Source of the DNA: Candidatus Omnitrophica bacterium UBA6253
GTDB lineage: Bacteria > Omnitrophota > Gorgyraeia > Gygaellales > Profunditerraquicolaceae
NCBI GenBank assembly: GCA_002441245.1
Contig: DJVP01000012.1
Span: forward strand, 47,458-111,457
Direction: 5' to 3'
DNA: 64,000 nt
The notes beneath the pieces are model-generated. The model searched no databases, was not told the DNA's origin, and saw only the letters and a program-made list of their open reading frames with translations. Positions 49,464-60,265 of this stretch are shown piece after piece (positions within the stretch are counted from its first letter, which is position 1; the number at the start of each line of letters is the position of its first letter). The position numbers were made by a program, and so were the translations under genes.

Positions 49464-52007
49464 TCAAATTATAGGCTCCATAGTTAAAGCCGGATGCGCT
49501 ACCTTTTGCAAAAAAACCAAGAGTTCTTCAGAACTTACCGCTACTGTTTCATCGGCAATCTTATCCGGTAAATCCGGCTGCCCAATCTCCTCAGCCCTCT
49601 TTTTTAGCTTATCCGCCAATATCTCTTTTAATTCTTTAGGCATCCAGACTACTCTTTTTAACCCGCCTTCGGCTGAAATAAATTTTTTACTTGTTATATA
49701 TAATTTACCTACGCCTAAAAAACCCGGAGTCTGCACTCCTCCGCCGACCGAACCTGCTAAAGTAGTAAAGCTCATCCCGGAAGGAGTAAGCCCGGAGTAA
49801 TCGCGGTTAACAATCATTACCCCGTTTGCCTCGGGGACAATTGCCACGATGCATTCAAAGCATCCACAGGATGACTGCGGCCCATCCATCAGAGAATACA
49901 TACTTACCGCTTCAATAGTCTTATTGGATTTTTGCTGCACGAATTTATTAACATTATCCCATTGCCCAAGCCTGCCATCTAAAAGATTCCCCTTCTCAAC
50001 CGGATGATTAGGCCCCGTAGGAATAATTTCAAAAGAGGCCTTGGCATCAAGCCAAGAATATGCCCCGCATAAACCTAAACGTTCAGGCGTAACAATACAA
50101 ACATGATTTGGCGCAAAAGACTGGCATAACAGACAGGAATAGAATGTATCCACGCTCTCATCAGTCATCCCGGCCAGACGCTCATCGCGTTCATTAAAAA
50201 CTTTCTGCGCGCCTGTAATTAAATTATCCACGTCTGGCTGGTTAGTATAAATCCTTACCTGCACCTTATCCACTATAGCGCTATATTCCTGATGCAACAT
50301 AGCATGCAAAATAACCCCAAGGTGCTTAAGCCTGAACCCCTTATTAAAGGCATCGTTAGAAATCCTTATCCAGACCATATCCCGCTGCCCCATATGCATC
50401 AACCCCATAGCATAGTTTACAAAACGGTGTATCTGGCGTTCCAGGATCGGCTCAAAGTCCTTTTGCATTTTACGGCCAAAAACATCTACGAGAACCGCCA
50501 AGGGTAAAGATTTTGATCCCGGGGCAAGCTGGTCAATATCCGGGCCGGTTAATTCTACCCTACCATCAATAACATCAGCTTCATCTTTAATGCTCAAAAA
50601 TTCAATTGAACTGCTGGCCTTCCCCCCAAATTCAACCGCTAATTGCTCTTTGCGCACGCGCTCGCCTTCGAAAGCCGCAGCGTATGGCACAGGCACGGCA
50701 ACTTCAGACATTTTCACTTTTATCCCACGGGACAAAATACATTTTGACGGCAACTTCTGATAATCTTTTTCCGTAACCAAAGCTTCAAATAAAGTTGTAT
50801 CGATTTTAGGCAACTGCGGAACATCTAAATCAGTAATTATAGGCAGGCCAAAAGCCAAAACTCCCAAGCCAGTAGCTACTAAAACTTCATCAACATGGCT
50901 AAGCAGCAGGACAAATGCCGGAACACGGTTACGTATATAATCCGCAATCCCTTCCCACTGGCCGGGTTTATTACCTCCGTAAATCAAGGGCGCACGAGAG
51001 GCAAAATTTACCGCGTAGATCGCGGATAAATAATCCTCCCCCAGTTCAACAATATAATTTTCAAGTCCCAGCTCAACCCCTTTTTTCTCAAGCTGCTGCT
51101 TAAAAGTAACGCCATTAACATTACCAGCAAGCAAACTAACAATGCTCTTGGATTGGAAATTGCGGATTAAATCCGCGGCTGATTGTTCATCCTTGGCCGG
51201 CCCGAGGATTACGGCAATTCCGGAAATCCTGCCGTCAACTAATTGCAGCCCCAACGACCTAAGGACCTTATCCGGGATAAAACCTTTCCCACCCTTAGGG
51301 TGCTCCTGATTTAATACCGCCAAGGCCGCCAGAATCTCCTCACAAATTAAAACAGCCACTCCTTTATTTAAAATTCCGCCCAAGCTGTTAATAATCAAAC
51401 CACTGGAAGCTGCCTGGCCTTTTGCCATGTTTTCAGCTTGAGAAAAAGCAAGCTGGCAATCAGCGAGAGTTTTTACCTCTATGTTCAATAAGGCATTTAT
51501 TAAAGGCAAATAATAGTTTGTTTCAGGAAATTCAATCTTTTCGCTTTGGCCCTTTTGCGCAATTGTTTTATCCAGAGACTGGCGGCAAAGGCTTAACACT
51601 GCTTCAGCGCCTTTTGTCCCAAGCTGCACAAGTAAATCAGGTTTATCTTCCGCCTTATCAGCCATTGCTTTATCCAAAAATAAAACCAAACATACGCCGA
51701 CGGCTTTTCCGTCTTTAAATTTAACCGCTTCTGCCCTACCCTCGCCTACAATCTCCTGAATCTGGCTATCTATAACCTCTATATCCGCAGCCAGTCCATT
51801 CTGGGGCTTATCAGAGCTTACAACCTTAACCCCAACTTTATATTTCTCATGGATTGATTCAGCCAGGCTGAACGCTAACCTGAAAGGGCCGTCGATACAA
51901 ACAGTATCATTGATATGATACTCATCCAGCTTTTTAAAATCCTCCTCAGAACTAAGTAAAATTACCCCTTTTTTCCTGGCTCCGGGTATCTGCGGTAGGT
52001 TAGCCAT
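49464..52007 (-). CDS. acsB: acetyl-CoA synthase (CODH/ACS complex beta subunit, AcsB)
   Basis: 847 aa. The A-cluster ligand pattern is present exactly: C-x2-C-x8-C-x9-C (CLLCQSFAPNHVCIVTPERLGLC), then 66 residues, then the Ni-binding CGC (SSCGCFEC). This matches the Moorella AcsB C506/509/518/528...C595-G-C597 spacing as recalled. Start overlaps the metF stop. Confidence 0.8.
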   Translation of the reverse strand: MANLPQIPGARKKGVILLSSEEDFKKLDEYHINDTVCIDGPFRLAFSLAESIHEKYKVGVKVVSSDKPQNGLAADIEVIDSQIQEIVGEGRAEAVKFKDGKAVGVCLVLFLDKAMADKAEDKPDLLVQLGTKGAEAVLSLCRQSLDKTIAQKGQSEKIEFPETNYYLPLINALLNIEVKTLADCQLAFSQAENMAKGQAASSGLIINSLGGILNKGVAVLICEEILAALAVLNQEHPKGGKGFIPDKVLRSLGLQLVDGRISGIAVILGPAKDEQSAADLIRNFQSKSIVSLLAGNVNGVTFKQQLEKKGVELGLENYIVELGEDYLSAIYAVNFASRAPLIYGGNKPGQWEGIADYIRNRVPAFVLLLSHVDEVLVATGLGVLAFGLPIITDLDVPQLPKIDTTLFEALVTEKDYQKLPSKCILSRGIKVKMSEVAVPVPYAAAFEGERVRKEQLAVEFGGKASSSIEFLSIKDEADVIDGRVELTGPDIDQLAPGSKSLPLAVLVDVFGRKMQKDFEPILERQIHRFVNYAMGLMHMGQRDMVWIRISNDAFNKGFRLKHLGVILHAMLHQEYSAIVDKVQVRIYTNQPDVDNLITGAQKVFNERDERLAGMTDESVDTFYSCLLCQSFAPNHVCIVTPERLGLCGAYSWLDAKASFEIIPTGPNHPVEKGNLLDGRLGQWDNVNKFVQQKSNKTIEAVSMYSLMDGPQSSCGCFECIVAIVPEANGVMIVNRDYSGLTPSGMSFTTLAGSVGGGVQTPGFLGVGKLYITSKKFISAEGGLKRVVWMPKELKEILADKLKKRAEEIGQPDLPDKIADETVAVSSEELLVFLQKVAHPALTMEPII

Positions 52008-52876
52008 TATAATCCACTTGCCTCCAAAACCTGAGGCACAATACTATTCCAGCCAATCGGCATGATATGAATACCCTGGCACATAGGCCTTAATTCTTTA
52101 ATCAGGCGGCTGGCAATTTCAACCGAGGTAACTGCCCTATCTTTAGCTTCTTCCATTTCCTTAATCAGCCCATCCGGGACAAATACCCCGGCAACATGCT
52201 TATTCATATACCTGGCCATAGCAGCTGATTTCAATAAAACAATCCCGGCCATAACCGGCGTTTTCAAATGTTTTATCTTGGCGATAAAATTATCAAACAC
52301 TTTTAAATCAAAAACTGCCTGGGTCTGAAAGAATTCAGCACCGGCAGATATCTTTTTCTCCATCTTCATAATCTGCGGCCCCAAAGGGTCGGCGCCAGGA
52401 TTAACCACTGCGCCAAGGCAGAATTTTGGAGCAGGCCCTTCCAGCTTATTGCCTTTCATATCCAGCCCTGACTCTAATTTCCTGGCAACTTGTAATAATT
52501 GCACTGAATCCAGATCAAAAACCGGCTTAGCTTCAGGGTGATCACCCAAAGCCGGATGATCTCCGGTTAAAATTGAAATATTCTGGATTCCTAACGCAGC
52601 CGCGGATAATAAATCTGATTGCAGGGCCAGGCGGTTACGGTCACGGCAGGTCAACTGATAAATCGGCTCAAAACCTTTTTGCTTAAGCAGGAAACTAACA
52701 GTAAGCGAACCCAGGCGCATTACCGAACTCTGCAAGTCCGTTACATTTATCGCGTCTATCTTTGTACGGAAAAGTTCGGCATCCTTAAGCAGATGCTCCG
52801 AATGGATGCCTTTGGCCGGGCCGACCTCCGAGGTAAGTAAAAATTTTCCCGCCTGTATTTTCTCTTTGAATGTCAT
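52007..52876 (-). CDS. metF: methylenetetrahydrofolate reductase
   Basis: 289-aa MTHFR TIM barrel. Confidence 0.8.
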   Translation of the reverse strand: MTFKEKIQAGKFLLTSEVGPAKGIHSEHLLKDAELFRTKIDAINVTDLQSSVMRLGSLTVSFLLKQKGFEPIYQLTCRDRNRLALQSDLLSAAALGIQNISILTGDHPALGDHPEAKPVFDLDSVQLLQVARKLESGLDMKGNKLEGPAPKFCLGAVVNPGADPLGPQIMKMEKKISAGAEFFQTQAVFDLKVFDNFIAKIKHLKTPVMAGIVLLKSAAMARYMNKHVAGVFVPDGLIKEMEEAKDRAVTSVEIASRLIKELRPMCQGIHIMPIGWNSIVPQVLEASGL

Positions 52877-52910
52877 TATATTCTAATATTTTTAAAAAAC
52901 GGCAGGCAAT

Positions 52911-53753
52911 TTATTGCTGAAGCTTGGCTGCCTCTACAAGATTACGCATTAAAACAGTTACAGTCAGCGGCCCCACTCCTCCGGGAACAGGAGTAATATA
53001 TGCGGCGCGTTTCTGGGCTTCTTCAAACTCCACATCGCCTACGATCTTATCATTAATCCTGTTTATGCCGACATCAATAACAATTGAGCCTTCTTTAATC
53101 CAGTCGCCTTTGATTAAACCGGCCTGGCCAACAGCTACAATAAGTATCTCAGCCCTTCTTACATGCCCCTCAAGCTTACCTACTTTGCTGGTGCCAATAT
53201 GACAGACAGTTACCGTGGCAAATTTTTCCAGCAGTAAAAGCATGAGCGGTTTACCTACAATCTCACTATGCCCGACAATTACTGTTTCTTTTCCATACAA
53301 ATCCAGGCCGGTAGAATTTAAAAGCTCCATTACGGAATTGGCTGTACAGGCAACAATCCTGGAGCGGCCAAAAAGCACCTTACCCATATTTGCCGGATGC
53401 ATACCTTCAACATCTTTAAGCGGCGAGATAAACTCGACTATTTTCTTATAATCTATATGCTGAGAAACAGGCATTTGCACAATAATACCATTCACAGTTT
53501 TATCTGCATTAAGCTTGAAGATAAAGTCTATCAAGGCCTCTTCAGTAATATCCTGTTTGAGTTTAAATAATTTATAAACTATGCCCAGTTTTTCAGCGAT
53601 TTTAGCCTGAGACTGCGCATAAGTAGCTGCGCCGGGATCATCCCCCACCAAGATACTGGCTAAAAATGGTGGATTCTTTAAGCCTTGAACCTGGATTTTT
53701 ATCTCTTCCCTGATCTTTTCAGCAACAGACCTGCCCTCTAATAACTTTGCCAA
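52911..53753 (-). CDS. folD: bifunctional methylenetetrahydrofolate dehydrogenase / methenyltetrahydrofolate cyclohydrolase
   Basis: 280-aa canonical FolD (the dinucleotide-binding GHSEIVGKP). Confidence 0.9.
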   Translation of the reverse strand: MAKLLEGRSVAEKIREEIKIQVQGLKNPPFLASILVGDDPGAATYAQSQAKIAEKLGIVYKLFKLKQDITEEALIDFIFKLNADKTVNGIIVQMPVSQHIDYKKIVEFISPLKDVEGMHPANMGKVLFGRSRIVACTANSVMELLNSTGLDLYGKETVIVGHSEIVGKPLMLLLLEKFATVTVCHIGTSKVGKLEGHVRRAEILIVAVGQAGLIKGDWIKEGSIVIDVGINRINDKIVGDVEFEEAQKRAAYITPVPGGVGPLTVTVLMRNLVEAAKLQQ

Positions 53754-54294
53754 CGCCAGCCTCCGTATTTTTACGAATCTTCTGGATAATCCTGTTTTTC
53801 TGATTTAGTTCTTTTCTTATACTCCGGGCAAATTTCTTCTGGTTCAGGTTCTTTAAATTTATTTCCACATTAAAACAGGTAGAAACAAATGCCGATTCAA
53901 GAAAAACCGCCGCTACTGCGACATCGCTGATTAAATTTACATTGCCTTTTCTTATTAATGGCGGGCATAATTTGGCTGCCTCGCAACAAAGCCTGGCAAG
54001 CATCAAAGACACATCCAATGCCTTGCGCATATTTTTACTTTCGTAGGCGACTACATCTAAATCCACCAAGCCCAGGAGATCTTTCCTTAATTTCTCTGAT
54101 TTGGCAAGGATTTCTTTTAGCCCCGGCTCAAATGCAGCATATTTAGGCTTACCTAAAGTAAAATTGACCACCATGCTAATCAAGCTCGCCCCCATCGCCG
54201 CATTTAAGGCTGCGGCAGAGCCTCCTCCGGGAGCAGCAAGCTTAGCGGAAAGATCATCCAAATATCTGTCTAAATTCTGATTCCTATATTTCAT
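53719..54294 (-). CDS. fchA: cyclodeaminase/cyclohydrolase family protein (FTCD C-domain; formimino-/methenyl-THF cyclohydrolase-like)
   Basis: 191 aa; the N-terminal LAAPGGGSAAALNAAMGASL matches the FTCD_C family. Confidence 0.75.
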   Translation of the reverse strand: MKYRNQNLDRYLDDLSAKLAAPGGGSAAALNAAMGASLISMVVNFTLGKPKYAAFEPGLKEILAKSEKLRKDLLGLVDLDVVAYESKNMRKALDVSLMLARLCCEAAKLCPPLIRKGNVNLISDVAVAAVFLESAFVSTCFNVEINLKNLNQKKFARSIRKELNQKNRIIQKIRKNTEAGVGKVIRGQVCC

Positions 54295-54297
54295 AGT

Positions 54298-54678
54298 TTA
54301 AATGGTAAAACCGGAACTTAATTCAAATGCATCCTTGATTAAATTAATTTCCGGAAAATCTTTCGTGTACAAAAGTGAAACTACGTCAAAACGAGCCGGA
54401 AAGTTCAGTAAATTATTTTCCTTTAAATAACAAATTGCGGATTTAGAAATCTGCCTTTGTTTTGTTAGGGGAACCGCTTCGACAGGCTCTCCAAATGATT
54501 TTGAATGCCTGGCTTTTACCTCCACAAAACAAATAACGCCTTTATCCTCCGCGACTATATCTATTTCACTGAATTTAGTTTTATAATTAAGCCTAATAAC
54601 CTTATAACCCTGGTTTTTTAGGAACCTCGCTGCCGCACCTTCAGCTTCTTTTCCAAATTCTAAATTCTTTCCAGGCAC
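54298..54678 (-). CDS. yraN: YraN-family (UPF0102) endonuclease
   Basis: 126 aa with a restriction-endonuclease-like core (EIDIVAEDKGVICFVEVKAR). The conserved rnhB-yraN linkage is present. Confidence 0.75.
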   Translation of the reverse strand: MPGKNLEFGKEAEGAAARFLKNQGYKVIRLNYKTKFSEIDIVAEDKGVICFVEVKARHSKSFGEPVEAVPLTKQRQISKSAICYLKENNLLNFPARFDVVSLLYTKDFPEINLIKDAFELSSGFTI

Positions 54679-55274
54679 TTTAAAAAACTCTTCCGGTGAA
54701 TAGCCGAGGGCCCTATTCTTTTTAAAATCTGGCGATGCTCGGCTGTGGGGTAACCCTTGTGTTTATCAAAACCGTACTCAGGATAAACTCTATGGTACTT
54801 TTCCATAAGGGCGTCTCTATGCACTTTAGCCAATATGGAAGAGGCGGCAATACTTAAAGATCTGGCATCCCCTTTAACAATACTTTGATAAGGAAGGCCT
54901 AGTTTTAGCCGCATATTGCCGTCAATGATTATAAATGCGCGTTTTAGCTGCGCAGGGCTTAATTGACTGGATAACCTAGAGACCGCCTTCTGCATTGCTG
55001 AAATTGTAGCCTGCAGGATATTTATCCGGTCAATCTGTTTATGGTTTACCACTGCAATCGCGTATAAAGATTTATTTTTTATCTCAAAGAACGCATCTCT
55101 TCTTCTTGCGGGGCTTAATTTCTTTGAATCATCAATACGATTGTTAAAATAAAAGCCCTTTAGCAGCACTGCCGCAGCTACCACCGGTCCGGCTAATGGC
55201 CCCCTGCCTGCCTCATCTACTCCGATAACTAAATCAAAACCGCGCCTTTTTAGTTTTCTTTCGTATCGTAGCAC
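54660..55274 (-). CDS. rnhB: ribonuclease HII
   Basis: 204 aa with the DEAGRGPLAGPVV active-site motif. Confidence 0.9.
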   Translation of the reverse strand: MLRYERKLKRRGFDLVIGVDEAGRGPLAGPVVAAAVLLKGFYFNNRIDDSKKLSPARRRDAFFEIKNKSLYAIAVVNHKQIDRINILQATISAMQKAVSRLSSQLSPAQLKRAFIIIDGNMRLKLGLPYQSIVKGDARSLSIAASSILAKVHRDALMEKYHRVYPEYGFDKHKGYPTAEHRQILKRIGPSAIHRKSFLKCLERI

Positions 55275-55630
55275 TAATTCTCTTTTTTCTCTTTACTCTC
55301 TATCTTAGTGGCGTGCTTGCCGATCTTGCTTCTCAAATAATAAAGCTTAGCCCTTTTGACCTTTCCAGAACGGATGATTTCAATACGCTCAATACTCGGA
55401 GAATAAAGCGGGAATACGCGCTCAATCCCCTCTCCGAAGGAAACCTTTCTTACTGTAAAATTGAGTTTTATGCCTGAACCGCTTTTTGCAATCACCACTC
55501 CCTCAAATGGATGCAGGCGGAATTTATCCACTCCTTCGGGGATCTTGGTAAGCACCTTCACCGTATCTCCGACATTAAACTGCGGCATATCTTTCTTAGT
55601 AAACCCTGATTCAATTGCCTTGATATCCAT
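55274..55630 (-). CDS. rplS: 50S ribosomal protein L19
   Basis: Start set at the internal MDIKAIE, preceded by an AAGGAGG Shine-Dalgarno; the ORF track extends to 55690. Typical bL19. Confidence 0.9.
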   Translation of the reverse strand: MDIKAIESGFTKKDMPQFNVGDTVKVLTKIPEGVDKFRLHPFEGVVIAKSGSGIKLNFTVRKVSFGEGIERVFPLYSPSIERIEIIRSGKVKRAKLYYLRSKIGKHATKIESKEKKEN

Positions 55631-55759
55631 TACTGTTGCCTCCTTTAAATGAGCGCTTGATTTACAAACACGACAGTGCGAGTAAGTCAATGCGCGAATT
55701 TGAGCACTTATGCTCTTGTTTAGCGAAATCCGCCGAATAAGTGAGGCGGAATATTAACC

Positions 55760-58028
<2,269 letters not shown>

Positions 58029-58049
58029 CTTCTCCTCCTAATCTTACGC

Positions 58050-58136
58050 CTCGGGGTCCTGCCGCTGAAGTTTCCCCATTCCTTCAGGATAAATCGTTCC
58101 CTCGGAACGGGGATGTCCCTCTTCAGCGTCACCCCT
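58050..58136. repeat. palindromic intergenic repeat element, copy 2 (inverted relative to copy 1)
   Basis: The reverse complement aligns base-for-base with 36319-36404 at about 88% identity. Confidence 0.6.
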
Positions 58137-58184
58137 CGATAAACAAAAGTACAAATAGCCAAATTTATTTAAACTACTTCGCAA

Positions 58185-59009
58185 CTATATTTCGGTTAAA
58201 TTTAATTCGTAGGTTTCTGATTCACACGCTTGATATAACTTAACATTCGGTAAATCGAACGCTAATTTCTTAATTGCTAGTTTCAAACTTTCATCAGTAT
58301 ATATACCAAAAATAACCTTCCTTATAGATTGAGGATTTAATCGCAAAAACCACGTTTTCTTACCACAAAAATCCTTGAACAATGCCAGCCTCCTAAATTT
58401 CAAACTCTCCAAATCTAATCCTCCATTTTCTAGCTTCTCAGCAAAAAAAGCCCGAAATTCATTTTCATATTTCCAATTATCAGATTTAGTAAACAAAACT
58501 TTCTCGGCATATTTCTCATATTCATCCAAAACATCCACTCTTAAACGCTCGGAGGAATATTCTACAGGATACATTTTAATACCCCAAACTTTATCGTTTT
58601 CAAGAAATAAGGATTCAAAATCAATCCCAATTACTATTCCTTGATGCTTATCTGCATAATGTGCCCACATCACTGTATTCCGACTATTCTTTGATACAGA
58701 TAAAAGGCCACTCTTCTTATTGGAATCGGCTTGGAATTTCTTTGCTGTATCTATAATTGAATCTCCCATACTTTTCTCTTTATAAATATCTAATATTGCT
58801 TGATCTGAATCATCTGGCATCTGAAAGTTATTTCTTTGTAGTGCTAACCGTACCCTTTTAACAATTTTATCCTCTTCTTGTCCACAATAATAATAAGGCC
58901 TTACGTCATAGGGATCATTAATGTCTGAGGCAAAAGGTAATTTTAATTCCAAGGAAGCCAATATCTTTATACTCCCTAAACAATCACAATATTTATATAA
59001 AATATTCAT
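58185..59009 (-). CDS. DUF2971-family protein (function unknown), AT-rich island gene
   Basis: 274 aa. The MWAHYADKHQGIVIGID motif is the hallmark of DUF2971. Local GC is about 25-30% against 40-50% in neighbouring genes. Confidence 0.6.
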   Translation of the reverse strand: MNILYKYCDCLGSIKILASLELKLPFASDINDPYDVRPYYYCGQEEDKIVKRVRLALQRNNFQMPDDSDQAILDIYKEKSMGDSIIDTAKKFQADSNKKSGLLSVSKNSRNTVMWAHYADKHQGIVIGIDFESLFLENDKVWGIKMYPVEYSSERLRVDVLDEYEKYAEKVLFTKSDNWKYENEFRAFFAEKLENGGLDLESLKFRRLALFKDFCGKKTWFLRLNPQSIRKVIFGIYTDESLKLAIKKLAFDLPNVKLYQACESETYELNLTEI

Positions 59010-59076
59010 ATTTTCCTATATTAATTAATTTTTTATCGAAATGGCCTTGATAAGTTTGGAGCGAATGTCGATTTTA

Positions 59077-59212
59077 GCCAATGGAGCTTGAGCATTTCGG
59101 GAATCCCCGTGGAGCGAAGCGACAAAACGGGGACGGCGAAGCTGTTTGAGCGGTATTTGCTAGAACAAATACCGCGAGTTCTGCAGCTGCCGAAATGCGA
59201 AAGATCATTGGC
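59077..59212. ncRNA. candidate structured RNA (long-range stems enclosing two hairpins); strand and family undetermined
   Basis: gccaatg (59077-83) pairs with cattggc (59206-12), and gcatttcgg (59092-100) pairs with ccgaaatgc (59190-98). Internal hairpins: ccccgt/acgggg (59105-59132) and a perfect 10-bp gcggtatttg/caaataccgc (59150-59175). No ORF in any frame. Confidence 0.35.
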
Positions 59213-59253
59213 GTTAAAAAATCGACCTGAGCGAGAAACTTGACAAGGTCATT

Positions 59254-60246
59254 TCAAAGAATTAACATTGCGTCGCCGTAACTGTAAAATCTATACTTCT
59301 TCTCCACTGCTTCCTGATACGCCTGCTTCATCAGCTTTTCTCCGCCAAAAGCGCAGACCAGCATAAAAAGCGTAGTCATCGGAAGGTGGAAATTAGTCAA
59401 CATACAATCAACTAGTTTGAACTTATAACCCGGATAAATAAACAAATCCGTATTGCCCTCCTTGCGTCCATCAGCATAAGTCTCAAGCGTCCTTAAGGCA
59501 GTAGTGCCAACAGCAATAATTCGACCTTTATCAGCCTTAGCTTGTTTAAGCTTAGCAATAGTTTCATCAGGCACCTGAAAATACTCCGGCTCCATCTTAT
59601 GCTCAAGTATATTCTCGCATCTAACCGGACGAAATGTGCCTAAGCCAACATGCAAAGTTACATAAGCCAGTTGGATTCCTTTAACAGACAAATCCGCAAG
59701 TATTTCTTTCGTAAAATGCAGGCCGGCAGTCGGCGAAGCAAGCGCGCCTTCATTCTTTGCATAAACCGTCTGATAAAAAACTTTATCTGAATCAACAGGC
59801 TCGCGTTTTATATAAGGCGGCAGAGGCACCACGCCATAATTATAAATCGTATCCGCGTCAGCCTGCTTAAAACTAATCTGGCCCCTGGCGCTTAAATGCC
59901 CGGAAATCTTTCCTTCTGCAAAAATAATTTTCTCGCCGACTTTCGTGCGGCTCGGCTGAACCAGACAGGAAAATGTTGAGCCGCTTAAACGCCGGGTCAA
60001 CAGGATCTCAACCCTGCCTCCGGTTGTTTTATTGCCCATCAGGCGGCAATGCAAAACCTTGGTATCGTTAAGGACCAATAAATCTTTTTTTTTAAAAAAA
60101 CAGCCGATATCTTTAAATACGCCGTGGGTAATCTGGCAGGTTTGACGGTTTATAATCAAAAGCCTGGCCTCTTCTCTATTTTTCAGCGGATGTTGAGCAA
60201 TCAATTCTTTAGGCAGAGGATAATCGAATTCAGAGAGTTTAGGCAT
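59254..60246 (-). CDS. queA: S-adenosylmethionine:tRNA ribosyltransferase-isomerase
   Basis: 330 aa with a typical QueA start (MPKLSEFDYPLPKELIAQHP). Confidence 0.9.
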   Translation of the reverse strand: MPKLSEFDYPLPKELIAQHPLKNREEARLLIINRQTCQITHGVFKDIGCFFKKKDLLVLNDTKVLHCRLMGNKTTGGRVEILLTRRLSGSTFSCLVQPSRTKVGEKIIFAEGKISGHLSARGQISFKQADADTIYNYGVVPLPPYIKREPVDSDKVFYQTVYAKNEGALASPTAGLHFTKEILADLSVKGIQLAYVTLHVGLGTFRPVRCENILEHKMEPEYFQVPDETIAKLKQAKADKGRIIAVGTTALRTLETYADGRKEGNTDLFIYPGYKFKLVDCMLTNFHLPMTTLFMLVCAFGGEKLMKQAYQEAVEKKYRFYSYGDAMLIL

Positions 60247-60265
60247 TATTGATATGGAGGGTATA

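Noticed and set aside
59100-59180. c-di-GMP-I (GEMM) riboswitch resemblance (GGGACGGCGAAGC against GGGACGCAAAGCC)
   Set aside because: The surrounding P2/P3 architecture does not match the consensus as I recall it, and the plus-strand orientation would point into the antisense of queA. It is kept only as a generic structured-RNA candidate.
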